Assembly: GCA_965261345.1 (NCBI GenBank)
Contig: OZ253449.1
Span: 832,001-896,000, forward strand
Source of the DNA: Chloroflexota bacterium
GTDB lineage: Bacteria > Chloroflexota > UBA11872 > VXNJ01
Direction: 5' to 3'
DNA length: 64,000 nucleotides
Under the pieces are notes generated by a model that was not told the origin of the DNA, ran no database searches, and saw only the letters and a list, made by a program, of their open reading frames with translations. Below, piece after piece: positions 41,299-52,932 of the stretch. The translations under genes were made by a program, and so were the position numbers. Position 1 is the stretch's first letter. Every line of letters begins with the position of its first letter.

Positions 41299-43232
41299 GT
41301 TCGCGGTAGGAACACCGGTTACCCGGTGCCCCCCGCACGGATCCCGGCGTGCGCGTTAACGCACCGGGCTCTTAGCTTGAGTGTTTGACGGCAAAACGGT
41401 CGGCGGGCCATGGGTGGAGGATGGAGACGGTTGGGAGATGGGCAGTGCTCAATGCGCGCAGGCGCCCCCATGGGAATCGATCATGCTGCGACCGGCGGCG
41501 CAGGCTGCGTAACCACTGGCGCTCGAGTTCATATTTGAAACTCCTCAGGTACGTGGAGCTGGTTGGGACGGCGTAATAGCCGAGCCAGCCCCGCAGCACC
41601 AACCCGAGCCATTGCCCGGTCTGCGCGGGCGTCGTGCATGCGCATGCGTAGTCGTTCCTTGATCGCCTTCAGGGTGCGTCTGACGCGCTTGGCGATGGGC
41701 TTGCGTCCCAGTCCGAACTTTCCGTTGCTCATCGTCCGGCAGTAATGCGTTAGGCCGAGGAAGTCAAAAGTCTCCGGACGGCTGTCGTTACGCTGGCGGC
41801 GATTCTCGATCGCGTATCTGCCGAACTCGATCAGGCGGGTCTTGTGGGCTGCAAGCTCTAATCCGTACTCTTCTAGCCTGTCTCGCAAATCCTTTGCAAA
41901 TCTGACCGCATCGCTGCGGTACTCAAATCCCAGGACGAAGTCATCGGCATACCTGACGATGTAGACCTCGCCGCTGGCCCTTTTGGGTCGCCATTCCTTG
42001 GCAAACCATGAGTCCAGGACTTTGTGCAGGTACACGTTGGCAAGCAGCGGCGATATCGGCGCCCCTTGCGGTGTTCCCTGCACGCTGTCGGATAGTTCTC
42101 CGGCTTCCATTACTCCGGTGCTCAGCCATTTGCGGATTAGGCGCAGGACGCGGTTGTCTCCGATTCGCTCTCCCAGGAACGAGATGAGTCGCTCGCGGTC
42201 GAGATGGTCGAAGAAGCCTTTTATGTCGGCGTCAAGAATCCAGTTGACTTTTCTCCGTTCGATGGCGTAGGCCAGGGCGTCCAGCGCGTCGTGCGCTGAT
42301 CTTTTTGGCCGGAACCCGTATGCGAACCCGGCGAACTCCGATTCATAGATCGGGTCAAGGATCTGTTGACACACCGCCCGCTGCAGGATCTTGTCCTCTA
42401 TGGATGCGATTCCAAGCGCTCGCTTCCCGCCGTCCGGTTTGGGTATCGCTACCCGCAGGACGGGGGTCGCTCGGTATGCTCCTTTGTGCACGCGGTCTTT
42501 AAGGTCGAGAAGTTTCTCTTCCAGGTTTTCCTCGTACATCCTCCACGTGATCCCGTCGGCGCCGGGAGCGGCATTGGGTTTTAGCCCGTAGAACGCATCC
42601 CTTAGCGCGTCAAGGTCTATGTGGTGTAAGAGCGCGGTGAGTTTTCCCTCTGGGTTCTCTTTGGCGTGTTGCCGTACGCGTTCGGCTCCGGGTGACACGG
42701 GAACCCACCCCTGGGTGTAGTCCGTGCCGGTGCCTGGCGCGTTCCTCTTGCTTGCGGCCCTTTCCTCCGGCGGCTCCGCCGGGGTTTTACGCCCCATTGT
42801 TCGCCGCCTTCGCAGGTACTATGGCCGCATCAGACTTCTGCACATCGTGCATCATCGGCTACGGATACCTCCTTCCCGATGCGGCCCCGGATCTGCGAGT
42901 GAACCGGGGTAATGCGCAGATCTCCCAGTTCCCGGCCCGGGACTTACGTACGTACATGAGTTCTTTGACACCGTCGAGCCCGGCTGACGGCTGGCCATCT
43001 ATTGCCGCCGCCGGTGTTGCCTTCGACAAGATCAAGAGTCTCGGCGCTCGGATCGTCGACAAACCCGATGTTTCGGTGCTCCATAGCTCTGTCCGCACGC
43101 TCCGCTACCGACGCTTCACGGGTAACCTCGCGGTTACCCGCGCACGGCTCGCGGGCTGATGTGGGCTGGCTCTCGCCCTTCATCCCGGGAGACTTTCACT
43201 CCTTGTCCTGGTACCAGTTGGACTGGCTGTTC
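41299..43232 (-). mobile_element. group II intron (bacterial class E/F-like)
   Basis: Domain V GAGCCCGGTGCGTTAACGCGCACGCCGGGATCCGTGCGG and domain VI ending CCTACCGCGAAC at 41299; domain I motifs (GAGTGAAAGTC, GAGCCGTGCG, GAAGCGTCGG) near 43100-43210. 5' boundary approximate. Confidence 0.85.
41372..42797 (-). pseudogene. ltrA: group II intron reverse transcriptase/maturase, frameshifted in domain X, no endonuclease domain
   Basis: APGADG, IPKPDG, YGFRP, DADIKGFFD, GTPQG and YADD motifs. C-terminus continues in another frame (LRGWLGYY...LRRRSQ...LHPWP). Confidence 0.85.
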
Positions 43233-43271
43233 TGATCTGTTCGGGCGAGTACTTTCTTTTCGGGCTGTCCC

Positions 43272-44606
<1,335 letters not shown>

Positions 44607-44663
44607 TTCGTTGGAACCAGATTATTCACATTCCCTCTGGTACCAATGAGGGGGAGCCGGCCA

Positions 44664-44876
44664 ATACCGCCGGAGTTGGGCAACCTCGCCAAGGTGGAAT
44701 CATTGTCCTTCGCTGGAAATCACCTGACCGGGGAGATACCGCCGGAGTTGGGCAATCTTGCCAATCTGGAATCGCTGAATTTCGCCGGTAACCAGTTGAG
44801 CGGGTGCGTACCGGGAAGCTTGCAAGACCAATTGGAATTGGAATCTACCTATCTGGGTGATCTGGAGTTTTGCTGA
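44664..44876 (+). pseudogene. 3' fragment of a leucine-rich-repeat (plant-type LRR) protein
   Basis: Two 24-aa repeats IPPELGNL..LESL.FAGN.L.G; no intact 5' part. Confidence 0.7.
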
Positions 44877-44893
44877 GGTTCTGCCCTCGAAAA

Positions 44894-45046
44894 CGGTTCC
44901 CTCGCATGCGCAGGGATTTACTCACCGCTCGCGGGAAGCGGCCGCTTCTTTTACAACGTTCCCTCGCGCGCGCAGCGGATAGACGCAGCGGCCCGCATTC
45001 ATCCGATATTTGGCGTGGGTTCCGCCGCAAGCGCGGGGGAAGGCCG
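44894..45046 (+). CRISPR. degenerate orphan CRISPR mini-array (3 repeats, type I-E-like)
   Basis: GTTCC at 44896, 44958 and 45019 (periods 62 and 61). Repeats resemble GGTTCCCCCGC.GCGCGGGGATAGACCC with several mismatches; no cas genes in the window. Confidence 0.6.
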
Positions 45047-45167
45047 CAATCGATTGAGACAACGCGCGATGAGCGGCTGGATGATAGCCTTTAGAGCCCG
45101 CGCGCCGGCACTGCAATCGGCGACGGGAAACCCAATCGAGTGACGCGGTCAAAAAGAGGCAACTTTC

Positions 45168-45581
45168 ATGCGGAACTTGAAGCTAGTCCTTTTTGCGGTT
45201 TGCATGGCCGTTGCGTTGGCCATCGGCGGCTGCGGCGAAGGCCTGGAGGGTTCGGGTGAACATGGAGGCAGACAAGAGTCGGCCGACGGCGACGAGGAAT
45301 CCGGCACTCAATACGGACTAAACGACGAGTTCGAGCAGATTCGTTCAGGTGCCAGGTTGATGCTCTCTTACGACCAGTCCACCAATGCCTTCACCGGAAT
45401 CGTGGAGAACACGACCGGCAGCACCCTGGGGCAGGTGAGAGTTGAGGTTCATCTCTCCAATGGGATCGAACTGGGCCCGACTACGCCGATCAATCTGGGT
45501 CCCGCCGAGATGGTACCGGTAGAGTTGCCGGCTGGCAACCAACCCTTTGAAACGTGGAGCGCCCACGCTGAAGTCGGTTAG
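45168..45581 (+). CDS. hypothetical lipoprotein
   Basis: SD AGAGG, signal ending IGGC, acidic Gly-rich linker and small beta-rich domain. Confidence 0.7.
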   Translation: MRNLKLVLFAVCMAVALAIGGCGEGLEGSGEHGGRQESADGDEESGTQYGLNDEFEQIRSGARLMLSYDQSTNAFTGIVENTTGSTLGQVRVEVHLSNGIELGPTTPINLGPAEMVPVELPAGNQPFETWSAHAEVG

Positions 45582-45868
45582 GTTGTCACCTGGAAGTACT
45601 TGCATTTGAGGTCACCTAGATGCAGTCAATAGATCGCCGGTTGGCCCCGCCGGGTCACAGCCCGGCCGGTTTTTACACCGCCAATTCCGGCTGCTTCGAT
45701 GCCAATCGCCGAACGAAGCCGCCAATGAGTTCGGTAGCGCCCGATCTGGCCCGCCAGCGCGCTGAATCAATAGGGGACCTCGGCCGGATACCCGCGTCGC
45801 AAGTGACCTAGGTCCGGACCCCAGAATTCGTTGGCGCGGATTTCGGGACAAATTAACTGACCCACTGC

Positions 45869-47470
45869 ATGAGTTCTAACCAACCAACCGTGGGCTCCGA
45901 GCAAAGCCCCAACCGAGGCGAGGAAGGTACCGGTTGGCAGTTTCCAAAGAGCCTCATCCGGTTGCAGGCCCTGGAGCCGTATCTGATCGTCTTCGTGGCC
46001 AGCGCGGTCACCCTGATCATCGAGATCGTGGCCGCCCGGATCCTCGCTCCGCACATCGGCGTCTCGGTGTACACCTGGACCAGCGTCATCGGAGTCATAC
46101 TCGCCGGAATCAGCGCCGGCAATTGGTTGGGCGGAATCCTGGCCGACCGCGCCGCGTCCCGTACCAACCTCGGCCTCATCCTATTGGCGGGCGCCGGAGC
46201 CACTCTGCTGATTCTGCCGGTTGCCCAATTGGCGCCGGGTTGGGTTTCGGCGGTACCGCTGCTGCCACGCATCGTTCTGCTCACAACCATGCTCTTTATG
46301 GCCCCGGCTTTGATCCTGGGGATGGTTTCACCAATGGTCATAAAACTGACCCTGAGCGACCTGGCGGCGGCTGGAAACGTGGTCGGACGGATTTACGCAA
46401 TCTCCACTGCCGGCGCCATCCTGGGGGTATTTTTAACTGGGTTCGTGCTAATCCAAGCATTGGGGTCGCGCGAAACCGTGCTCGCGGTTGCGATTGTTAC
46501 CGCCCTTTTGGCAGTGCTGGCGGGCCGGCTCTGGCGGGCCTTCGCCAAGAGCTCGATCAGCCTACTGATATTGATCGCCTTGGCGATTTTTACCTGGACC
46601 CAGGACCCCCTCGCCTCACTGTGCGTTGCCGAGAGCAATTACTTTTGCATTCGCGTGTCGGAAAAGCAGTTGGAGGACGATTCGACGGTGATGGTCCTAG
46701 CGCTTGACCGGCTAGTTCACAGTTATTCCCGTCCGGAGGACCCGACCTACCTCCACTACGGTTATCAGCATGTATTCGCAAGCGTCGCCGAAATGATCGC
46801 CAATAAAAAGCCGGACTTTAGTTCGCTGTTTATCGGCGGAGGGGGTTACGAACTTCCGCGCTACCTCGACGCAGTTCATCCTCAGAGCTCGATCGACGTC
46901 ATCGAAATCGACCCGGAGGTAACCGCCACCGCGCACCGCTACCTTGGCCTGGACGCGTCAAACCGGGTAATTACCCACAACCGGGACGCCCGCATGGCCC
47001 TGCCGGAAGAATCTGACGGTCATTACGACCTGGTTATCGGCGATGCCTTCAATGACCTATCGGTTCCCTATCACCTCACGACGACCGAGTTCAATCAAGA
47101 GGTCAAGCGCACGCTCAGCGCGGGCGGCGTCTACGCCGTAAACATCGTCGATGCACCGAGTCCGGGCCGATTCCTGCGCGCATTCGTCTATACCCTGCAG
47201 CAATCTTTCGACCATGTGAGTCTGGTCCCCCTATCCAAAGACCTCGGATACAAAAACCGCACGACCACGATTGTCCTGGCGTCCGATCGGCCAATCGGCC
47301 AGGAAGATTTCGATGCCGCCAACAATCGGCTCGGTGCCGAAGAGGATGGCAAGTTGATATCCGCCGACGATCTGGAAACCTGGATGGGGCTTGGGCAGAG
47401 CGTGCTGCTAACTGACAATTACGCGCCGATCGACAACTACTTGGCACCCCTATTTCTCAAGAAATCCTAA
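45869..47470 (+). CDS. fused membrane/spermidine synthase-like methyltransferase
   Basis: N-terminal TM domain (EIVAARILAP..G); IGGGG, EIDP, GDAF and LTDNYAP motifs. Confidence 0.88.
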   Translation: MSSNQPTVGSEQSPNRGEEGTGWQFPKSLIRLQALEPYLIVFVASAVTLIIEIVAARILAPHIGVSVYTWTSVIGVILAGISAGNWLGGILADRAASRTNLGLILLAGAGATLLILPVAQLAPGWVSAVPLLPRIVLLTTMLFMAPALILGMVSPMVIKLTLSDLAAAGNVVGRIYAISTAGAILGVFLTGFVLIQALGSRETVLAVAIVTALLAVLAGRLWRAFAKSSISLLILIALAIFTWTQDPLASLCVAESNYFCIRVSEKQLEDDSTVMVLALDRLVHSYSRPEDPTYLHYGYQHVFASVAEMIANKKPDFSSLFIGGGGYELPRYLDAVHPQSSIDVIEIDPEVTATAHRYLGLDASNRVITHNRDARMALPEESDGHYDLVIGDAFNDLSVPYHLTTTEFNQEVKRTLSAGGVYAVNIVDAPSPGRFLRAFVYTLQQSFDHVSLVPLSKDLGYKNRTTTIVLASDRPIGQEDFDAANNRLGAEEDGKLISADDLETWMGLGQSVLLTDNYAPIDNYLAPLFLKKS

Positions 47471-47812
47471 AAGGGGCGCAACTTCTGGCCCTTTCCTATC
47501 TTTGTGCCTGGGGCGATGCCGCAGATGGCTGGAATACGGCAACTAACCGCTAAACCCCCAACAACCGTCCGTTTCGCGGTCGCGCTTTGCCAGAAGATAC
47601 CGCGCGGGGTCTGGCCGGGTCGGTAGCGACGTAGATCAGGTTCAAATCAATGCAATCGCCGCTCGTTCGGGCGTTAGCGGGTTGACCAACAAAAGCTCAA
47701 AAACTCCGGCGCGCCAAAGGCGGCGCCCGGATTCATCGCCCCAACCAGTCCCCCTCGGCTTCTCGCGACTAAGATCAAAATACAAGCGTCCTTCGGCGGG
47801 AATGATTGCCAA

Positions 47813-49021
47813 TTGGCCCTTGCCCAAAACCTGATCGAGGTTGAAGGACTATGGAAGGTATTCGGCGATCGCCCGGAGCGCGTCTTTGAAGCCGACCACT
47901 CAGGGATGAGCCGGACGGACATCCAGAGCCGACTAAACCTGGTCGTAGCGCTCCGCGATGTTTCATTCAGCGTCGCCCCCGGGGAGACGTTCGTGGTAAT
48001 GGGGCTCTCAGGCAGCGGCAAGTCAACCCTGGTGCGCTGTCTGGTCAGGCTTATTGAAGCTTCGAGGGGCCAGATCCGTTTTGCCGGCGAGAACATATTG
48101 GGGTACTCGCCAAGGGAAATGATGGAGTTTCGGCGCGGCAAGGTCGCCATGGTTTTTCAAAGCTATGGGTTGCTGCCGCACCGGCGGGTAATTGACAACG
48201 TTACGTACGGCCTCGAAATTCGAGGCGTGGAAAAGCGGGCCCGCTATCGGGTGGCGGCGGAAGTAATCGAAACCGTGGGGTTGAAGGGCTGGGAGAACTA
48301 CTTGCCCGGTGAAATGAGCGGCGGAATGCAGCAGCGGGTGGGGATCGCCCGCGCACTGGCGGTAAACCCGGATGTCCTGCTCCTGGACGAACCGTTCAGC
48401 GGGCTCGATCCGCTCATTAGGCGGGAAATGCAGGATGAGTTAGTTGCCCTCCAGGCAGAAATGCAAAAGACGGTTGTATTCATTACCCACGACCTGAACG
48501 AAGCGCTAAAAATCGGTGACCGGATCGCGATCATGCGCGATGGCGAAATTGTCCAGGAGGGTTCTCCGGAGGAAATCGTCACCCTGCCGGCCGACGAATA
48601 CGTGTCCGAATTTGTACAGGATGTCCCACGCGCCAAGGTCATCCAAGTTGGTTCGGTGATGCAGGATCCAAAGTCCGTAGTCGGAGACTGGCAGGGGCCG
48701 CGGGTTGCCCTGCACTTGATGCAGAACCACGGTATCGAGAAGATCCTGGTGGTTGGGCGTGACCGACGCCTCAAGGGCTTGCTCACCAAAGAATTGGCCA
48801 AGACCCTGGCCGCCCGCGAAACCGGCAAATTGGCGGATGGGCGGATCGCGCCGGTGGTCAAAACTCGCCCCGAATCCTATATCGAGGAAATCATACCGAT
48901 GGCGGCCCTAAATGAAGGTCCCATCGCGGTCGTCGACGACCAAGAACGCCTGCTGGGCGAACTTCATCCCGGGACCCTGTTGGCGGGTATGGCGGAAAAC
49001 CAGCTGACCGGTCAGGCCTAG
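47813..49021 (+). CDS. proV: glycine betaine/proline ABC transporter ATP-binding protein
   Basis: GLSGSGKS, MSGGMQQRVG, DPLIRREMQDEL motifs and CBS tail. Confidence 0.92.
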   Translation: MALAQNLIEVEGLWKVFGDRPERVFEADHSGMSRTDIQSRLNLVVALRDVSFSVAPGETFVVMGLSGSGKSTLVRCLVRLIEASRGQIRFAGENILGYSPREMMEFRRGKVAMVFQSYGLLPHRRVIDNVTYGLEIRGVEKRARYRVAAEVIETVGLKGWENYLPGEMSGGMQQRVGIARALAVNPDVLLLDEPFSGLDPLIRREMQDELVALQAEMQKTVVFITHDLNEALKIGDRIAIMRDGEIVQEGSPEEIVTLPADEYVSEFVQDVPRAKVIQVGSVMQDPKSVVGDWQGPRVALHLMQNHGIEKILVVGRDRRLKGLLTKELAKTLAARETGKLADGRIAPVVKTRPESYIEEIIPMAALNEGPIAVVDDQERLLGELHPGTLLAGMAENQLTGQA

Positions 49022-49025
49022 CGCT

Positions 49026-50102
49026 ATGGGAATGAAAAATCTGATGGGCCAACGAAGTGGGGGCGATAGCGTCACTGAAATCAAATCACGACGACCCGGA
49101 CTGTACGCCAAAGCCCGGGATAATGCGTGGGTGATTGGGGCGGTGGCAATAGTTGTGGTACTCATTGCCAGCCTGCAGCTTTGGGGGCCGCAGGCCCAAT
49201 TCCCGACCACGGTCTCGCGTGAGGTCGCCACCGACGGCTCATTTACGCTCGACCGCAGCGTGCGCGATGTTGCCGGCGATGCGATCGATGACGTCGTCAA
49301 ATGGATCACCAGGGAAGGTTCCTGGCTCTTTAACGGCATCAGCACCGCAATTACCTACGCGTTGATCAATATCGAGAGGGTTCTTAAGTGGCTCCCCTGG
49401 CCAGCGGTCGTATTCGGCCTCGCGCTGCTTTCATATGTGGTTGGGCGGTGGCGGTTTCTCGCGTTTACAACCATCGGCCTCCTCTTCGTCGGGTTCATGG
49501 GTCTGTGGCCCAATACCATCGACACCGTGGCGCTGATGGTGGTGGCGGTGGCCATTGCGGTGGCAATCGGCCTGCCGCTAGGGGTAATTGCGACCCGCAG
49601 CGATCTGGCCGACAAACTGATGCGGCCGGTCCTGGACGGGATGCAGACGATGCCGAGCTTCGTCTATCTTCTTCCAGGAATCCTGTTTTTCGGACTGGGC
49701 AAACCGGCCGGGATTTTCGCCACGATCATCTACGCCGTCCCACCGGTGATCCGGCTGACCAATTTGGGGATTCGCCAGGTCTCACCGGGCACGGTTGAGG
49801 CCGCAAGGTCGTTCGGCGCCTCCCCCTGGCAAATTCTGACCAAGGTGCAGATCCCAATGGCCCTGCCGACGATCATGGCTGGAATCAACCAGACGACAAT
49901 GATGGCCTTGGCGATGGTGACAATCGCCAGTCTGGTGGCCGCCGGCGGGTTGGGCGACAACGTGAATCGGGCGCTGCAAAAGAACGAACCGGGCAACGGC
50001 CTGCTGGCAGGTTTAGCGATCGTTTTTCTAGCCATTTTGATTGATCGGCTCACTCAATCGGTAGCCAACCGCGGGCAGGACGCGATTCGCAGCGTCGGCT
50101 GA
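49026..50102 (+). CDS. proW: glycine betaine/proline ABC transporter permease
   Basis: MQTMPSFVYL and EAARSFG motifs. Confidence 0.92.
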   Translation: MGMKNLMGQRSGGDSVTEIKSRRPGLYAKARDNAWVIGAVAIVVVLIASLQLWGPQAQFPTTVSREVATDGSFTLDRSVRDVAGDAIDDVVKWITREGSWLFNGISTAITYALINIERVLKWLPWPAVVFGLALLSYVVGRWRFLAFTTIGLLFVGFMGLWPNTIDTVALMVVAVAIAVAIGLPLGVIATRSDLADKLMRPVLDGMQTMPSFVYLLPGILFFGLGKPAGIFATIIYAVPPVIRLTNLGIRQVSPGTVEAARSFGASPWQILTKVQIPMALPTIMAGINQTTMMALAMVTIASLVAAGGLGDNVNRALQKNEPGNGLLAGLAIVFLAILIDRLTQSVANRGQDAIRSVG

Positions 50103-50415
50103 GACGCTCATTAGAAATCTGATTCGGCGGAAGGCGTCGGTCGATCCGGCGCCACGGCGCCTCAACGGCAGCCTGGCAGATATCGGGCGCACGGTCGCCG
50201 CCCGCGCACAGTTCAATGGTCAGGCCCTACGGACCGGCCCTTGCCCGGCGTGAAGATACCAACCGGGCCGATTGACCTTCCTGCCAAACCCCTATCGCGA
50301 TAACTGACTTATTGGGTTTTCGGGCGAGGAATCGATTGGCCCGCCCAATGTGTTAAAACAACTTAGCAGAAGAAATCCCGCTGGCCCGCTAAACGCCAGC
50401 TTTTAAACGGGTCAT

Positions 50416-51528
50416 ATGGATGGCGGATACAACGCGGTGAACCTGATCGATACCCTGCGGCGGGCCCTCTCGGCCCGGCTGCCACTTCTAAAGCCCCGGT
50501 CAATTGGCGCTAAGGTCGGGATGGTTATCTTGGCGACCTTGATCGCGGCGATTTTTCCGCTGGCCGCATGTGGTGAAAGCGAAACCGAAGAGTCGAAGCC
50601 AACCATCATATTTAGCGACCTGAATTGGAACAGCGCTCAGATGCAGGACCGGATTGCCCAGTACATCGTGGAAAAAGGGTACGGGTATTCAACCGAACTC
50701 GTCTTCGGTGGCACGCTGGCGTTGTTCCAGGGTCTGCGCCGCGGCGACAGCAACGTAACCCTGGAAATTTGGCTGCCCAACCAGGCTGAAGTCTGGGCAG
50801 AGGCGGTGGAAGCCGGCGAGGTGGTTCCGGTGGGGGCCAGCCTGGGCAATGACTGGCAGTCGGCATTCGTAATTCCGGCCTATCTTCAGGAGCAATACCC
50901 AGATCTGGACAGCGTCGAAGACCTAAAGGATGAGCGGTTCAAGCAGTTATTTGCCACGGTGGAGACGGATGGGCGGGCGCGCCTGGTGTCCTGCGTAATC
51001 GGTTGGTCCTGCGAGGAAGCAAACGCCCAGCAGATTGAGGCATACGGTTTGAGCGATCACGTCCACATCGTCAATCCGGGAGACTCGGCCGCCGCCAACG
51101 CCGACCTGTATCGTGCATACGAAAACCGCGAACCGTGGGTCGGTTACCAATGGGGTACCAACGACCCTAATCAGATCCTCGACCTGGTCCGGCTAGAAGA
51201 ACCCGAATACACCGATTTATGCTGGCTGACCACCAAGGCGTGCGGCTACAAGGAAGCCAACATTATCATCGCCGTGCACCCCGATCTGACGGTTGAAGCC
51301 CCGGACGTGGTGGCGATGCTGCGGGCCTGGAATCTTGGAATTCCCGAGTACCAAAAAGCCCTCGCTTGGATGCTGGACAACCCCGGCGCCGAAATCAACG
51401 ATGCCGCCCTATGGTGGTTGAGCAACAATTCCGACGTTTGGACCAGTTGGGTTACCCCGGAGGCCGCCGAGGCGATCGAGGAAGCACTAGCCAACGACGA
51501 AATCCCGGCCGGTTGGCCAGTGGAGTAG
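50416..51528 (+). CDS. proX: glycine betaine ABC substrate-binding lipoprotein
   Basis: LAAC lipobox, DLNWNS and CVIGWSC; start uncertain. Confidence 0.85.
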   Translation: MDGGYNAVNLIDTLRRALSARLPLLKPRSIGAKVGMVILATLIAAIFPLAACGESETEESKPTIIFSDLNWNSAQMQDRIAQYIVEKGYGYSTELVFGGTLALFQGLRRGDSNVTLEIWLPNQAEVWAEAVEAGEVVPVGASLGNDWQSAFVIPAYLQEQYPDLDSVEDLKDERFKQLFATVETDGRARLVSCVIGWSCEEANAQQIEAYGLSDHVHIVNPGDSAAANADLYRAYENREPWVGYQWGTNDPNQILDLVRLEEPEYTDLCWLTTKACGYKEANIIIAVHPDLTVEAPDVVAMLRAWNLGIPEYQKALAWMLDNPGAEINDAALWWLSNNSDVWTSWVTPEAAEAIEEALANDEIPAGWPVE

Positions 51529-51567
51529 GTTTTAGCCGCGCACCGGCCGCGGTACGGACCAATCTGA

Positions 51568-51611
51568 GGCATTGTTCGACGGCTGCGGGGTATGCACCGT
51601 CGAACAATGCC
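51568..51611. repeat. perfect 15-bp inverted repeat (hairpin) downstream of proX
   Basis: GGCATTGTTCGACGG ... CCGTCGAACAATGCC; no U-tract. Confidence 0.8.
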
Positions 51612-51740
51612 GGGTGGTAAATCCTCCAGGACCATTCGCGCAGACGACCGAGGCCGGGAGCATTCCGCTACAGTTGGCCGGGCAAGCATCGACTGGCTCT
51701 CCCGCCCGCGCGAAATTCCCTAATATGGATTGCGATATGC

Positions 51741-51815
51741 GGCGGGGTAGCTCAGCGGTAGAGCAGGAGATTCATAAGCTCTTGGCCGTCGGTTCGATTC
51801 CGACCCCCGCTACCA
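51741..51815 (+). tRNA. tRNA-Met(CAT), probably elongator
   Basis: GGCGGGG/CCCCGCT-ACCA acceptor, TT-CAT-AA loop and GGTTCGATTCC T-arm. Confidence 0.88.
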
Positions 51816-51870
51816 GCGGGTTGCGGCTCTGGCACGGCCTAAACCGTTGGCCATTGATTTGCAAAATTTA

Positions 51871-51957
51871 GCCGAAGTGGCGGAACTGGCAGACGCGCGG
51901 CGTTCAGGGCGCCGTGCCCGTACGGGCGTGTGGGTTCGAATCCCACCTTCGGCACCA
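51871..51957 (+). tRNA. tRNA-Leu(CAG)
   Basis: 87 nt with long variable arm; CGGCG-TT-CAG-GG-CGCCG; ends ACCA. Confidence 0.95.
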
Positions 51958-51985
51958 ATCACTGCAACGGACAGGGAAGGGCATC

Positions 51986-52306
51986 ATTCAAATTCAATTT
52001 CTCTGGTACCCCGACTGCCCTTCGCACCCGCAGGCGCGGGCGATGCTCGACGAATCACTCGCTGAGCTCGGGTTGAACGCCAGCGTTGAATCCATCTGCA
52101 TTGACAGTTGGGAAGCTGCGCGGTCCCACCAATTTCCGGGATCCCCCACCATCCGCCTCGACGGGGCCGACATCGATCCGGAAGGAGCGGCGCTAATGGG
52201 GGTAGCGCTTACTTGCCGCACCTACCTGCGGGAGGGTTCGGGGTTTTCACCGCTTCCGCTGAAGGGTGATCTGGTCGCGGCCATCAAACGAGCGGCTAAC
52301 CTTTAG
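51986..52306 (+). CDS. small thioredoxin-fold protein (DUF2703-like)
   Basis: YPDCPSH, FPGSPTI and CRTY motifs; no ATG/GTG/TTG upstream of the first motif, so ATT/ATC start inferred. Confidence 0.65.
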   Translation: MQIQFLWYPDCPSHPQARAMLDESLAELGLNASVESICIDSWEAARSHQFPGSPTIRLDGADIDPEGAALMGVALTCRTYLREGSGFSPLPLKGDLVAAIKRAANL

Positions 52307-52360
52307 CCAGGCATCACCAATAATTTTTCTGCGAGTCGCAGATTGCAAAGGTCGTCCACA

Positions 52361-52885
52361 ATGCCACTCCCAATAGGCGCTCCCGCCCCCGATTTCTCCC
52401 TGCCGGCCACCGACGGTTCTATGGTTGGTTTAAACGACCTGGGCAACGGCCCGAAGCTGATCGTTTTTACATGCAACCACTGCCCCTACGCCAAGGCGTG
52501 GGAAGGTCGGCTGATCGACATCGGTAACACCTATGAGGGTCGCATCGGGATGGCGGCCATTTGCGCCAACGACGCCAAAAATTACCCGGCCGACAGTTTC
52601 GAAAAAATGGCTGCGCTGGCCAAGGCCCACAAGTACTCGTTCCCGTACCTGCACGACGGGTCGCAGGCGGTTGCCCGCGCCTATGCCGCCGAGCACACGC
52701 CCGAGGTCTACCTGTTCGACCAGTCCGGCAACCTCGTCTACACCGGTGCCGTCGACGATAGCGTCGAGGCGGCCGACGCCAGCGCCAACCACCTGCGAGA
52801 TGCGATCGAGGCGCTCCTGGCCGGCGCGGCTCCGCCGGTTTCGGCGACCGCTGCGGTCGGTTGCACGATCAAGTGGGCGGCCTAG
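52361..52885 (+). CDS. thioredoxin family protein (AhpC/TSA-like)
   Basis: APDFSLP, CNHCPY, TPE and GCTIKW motifs. Confidence 0.9.
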   Translation: MPLPIGAPAPDFSLPATDGSMVGLNDLGNGPKLIVFTCNHCPYAKAWEGRLIDIGNTYEGRIGMAAICANDAKNYPADSFEKMAALAKAHKYSFPYLHDGSQAVARAYAAEHTPEVYLFDQSGNLVYTGAVDDSVEAADASANHLRDAIEALLAGAAPPVSATAAVGCTIKWAA

Positions 52886-52932
52886 GGCAATCGGACCCCG
52901 GTGGACGCCGCCGGTTTCGGCGCCCACCGGGC

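Noticed and set aside
41372-42797. Reverse transcriptase as a retron, DGR or CRISPR-associated RT
   Set aside because: Flanking group II intron domains I, V and VI and a domain X are present; no TR/VR pair or cas1 was seen.
45755-45830. GCTGAATC...GGGGACC resembling a c-di-AMP (ydaO) riboswitch
   Set aside because: The downstream conserved motifs (second GGTGAAT, CAGCTAAC) are not present.
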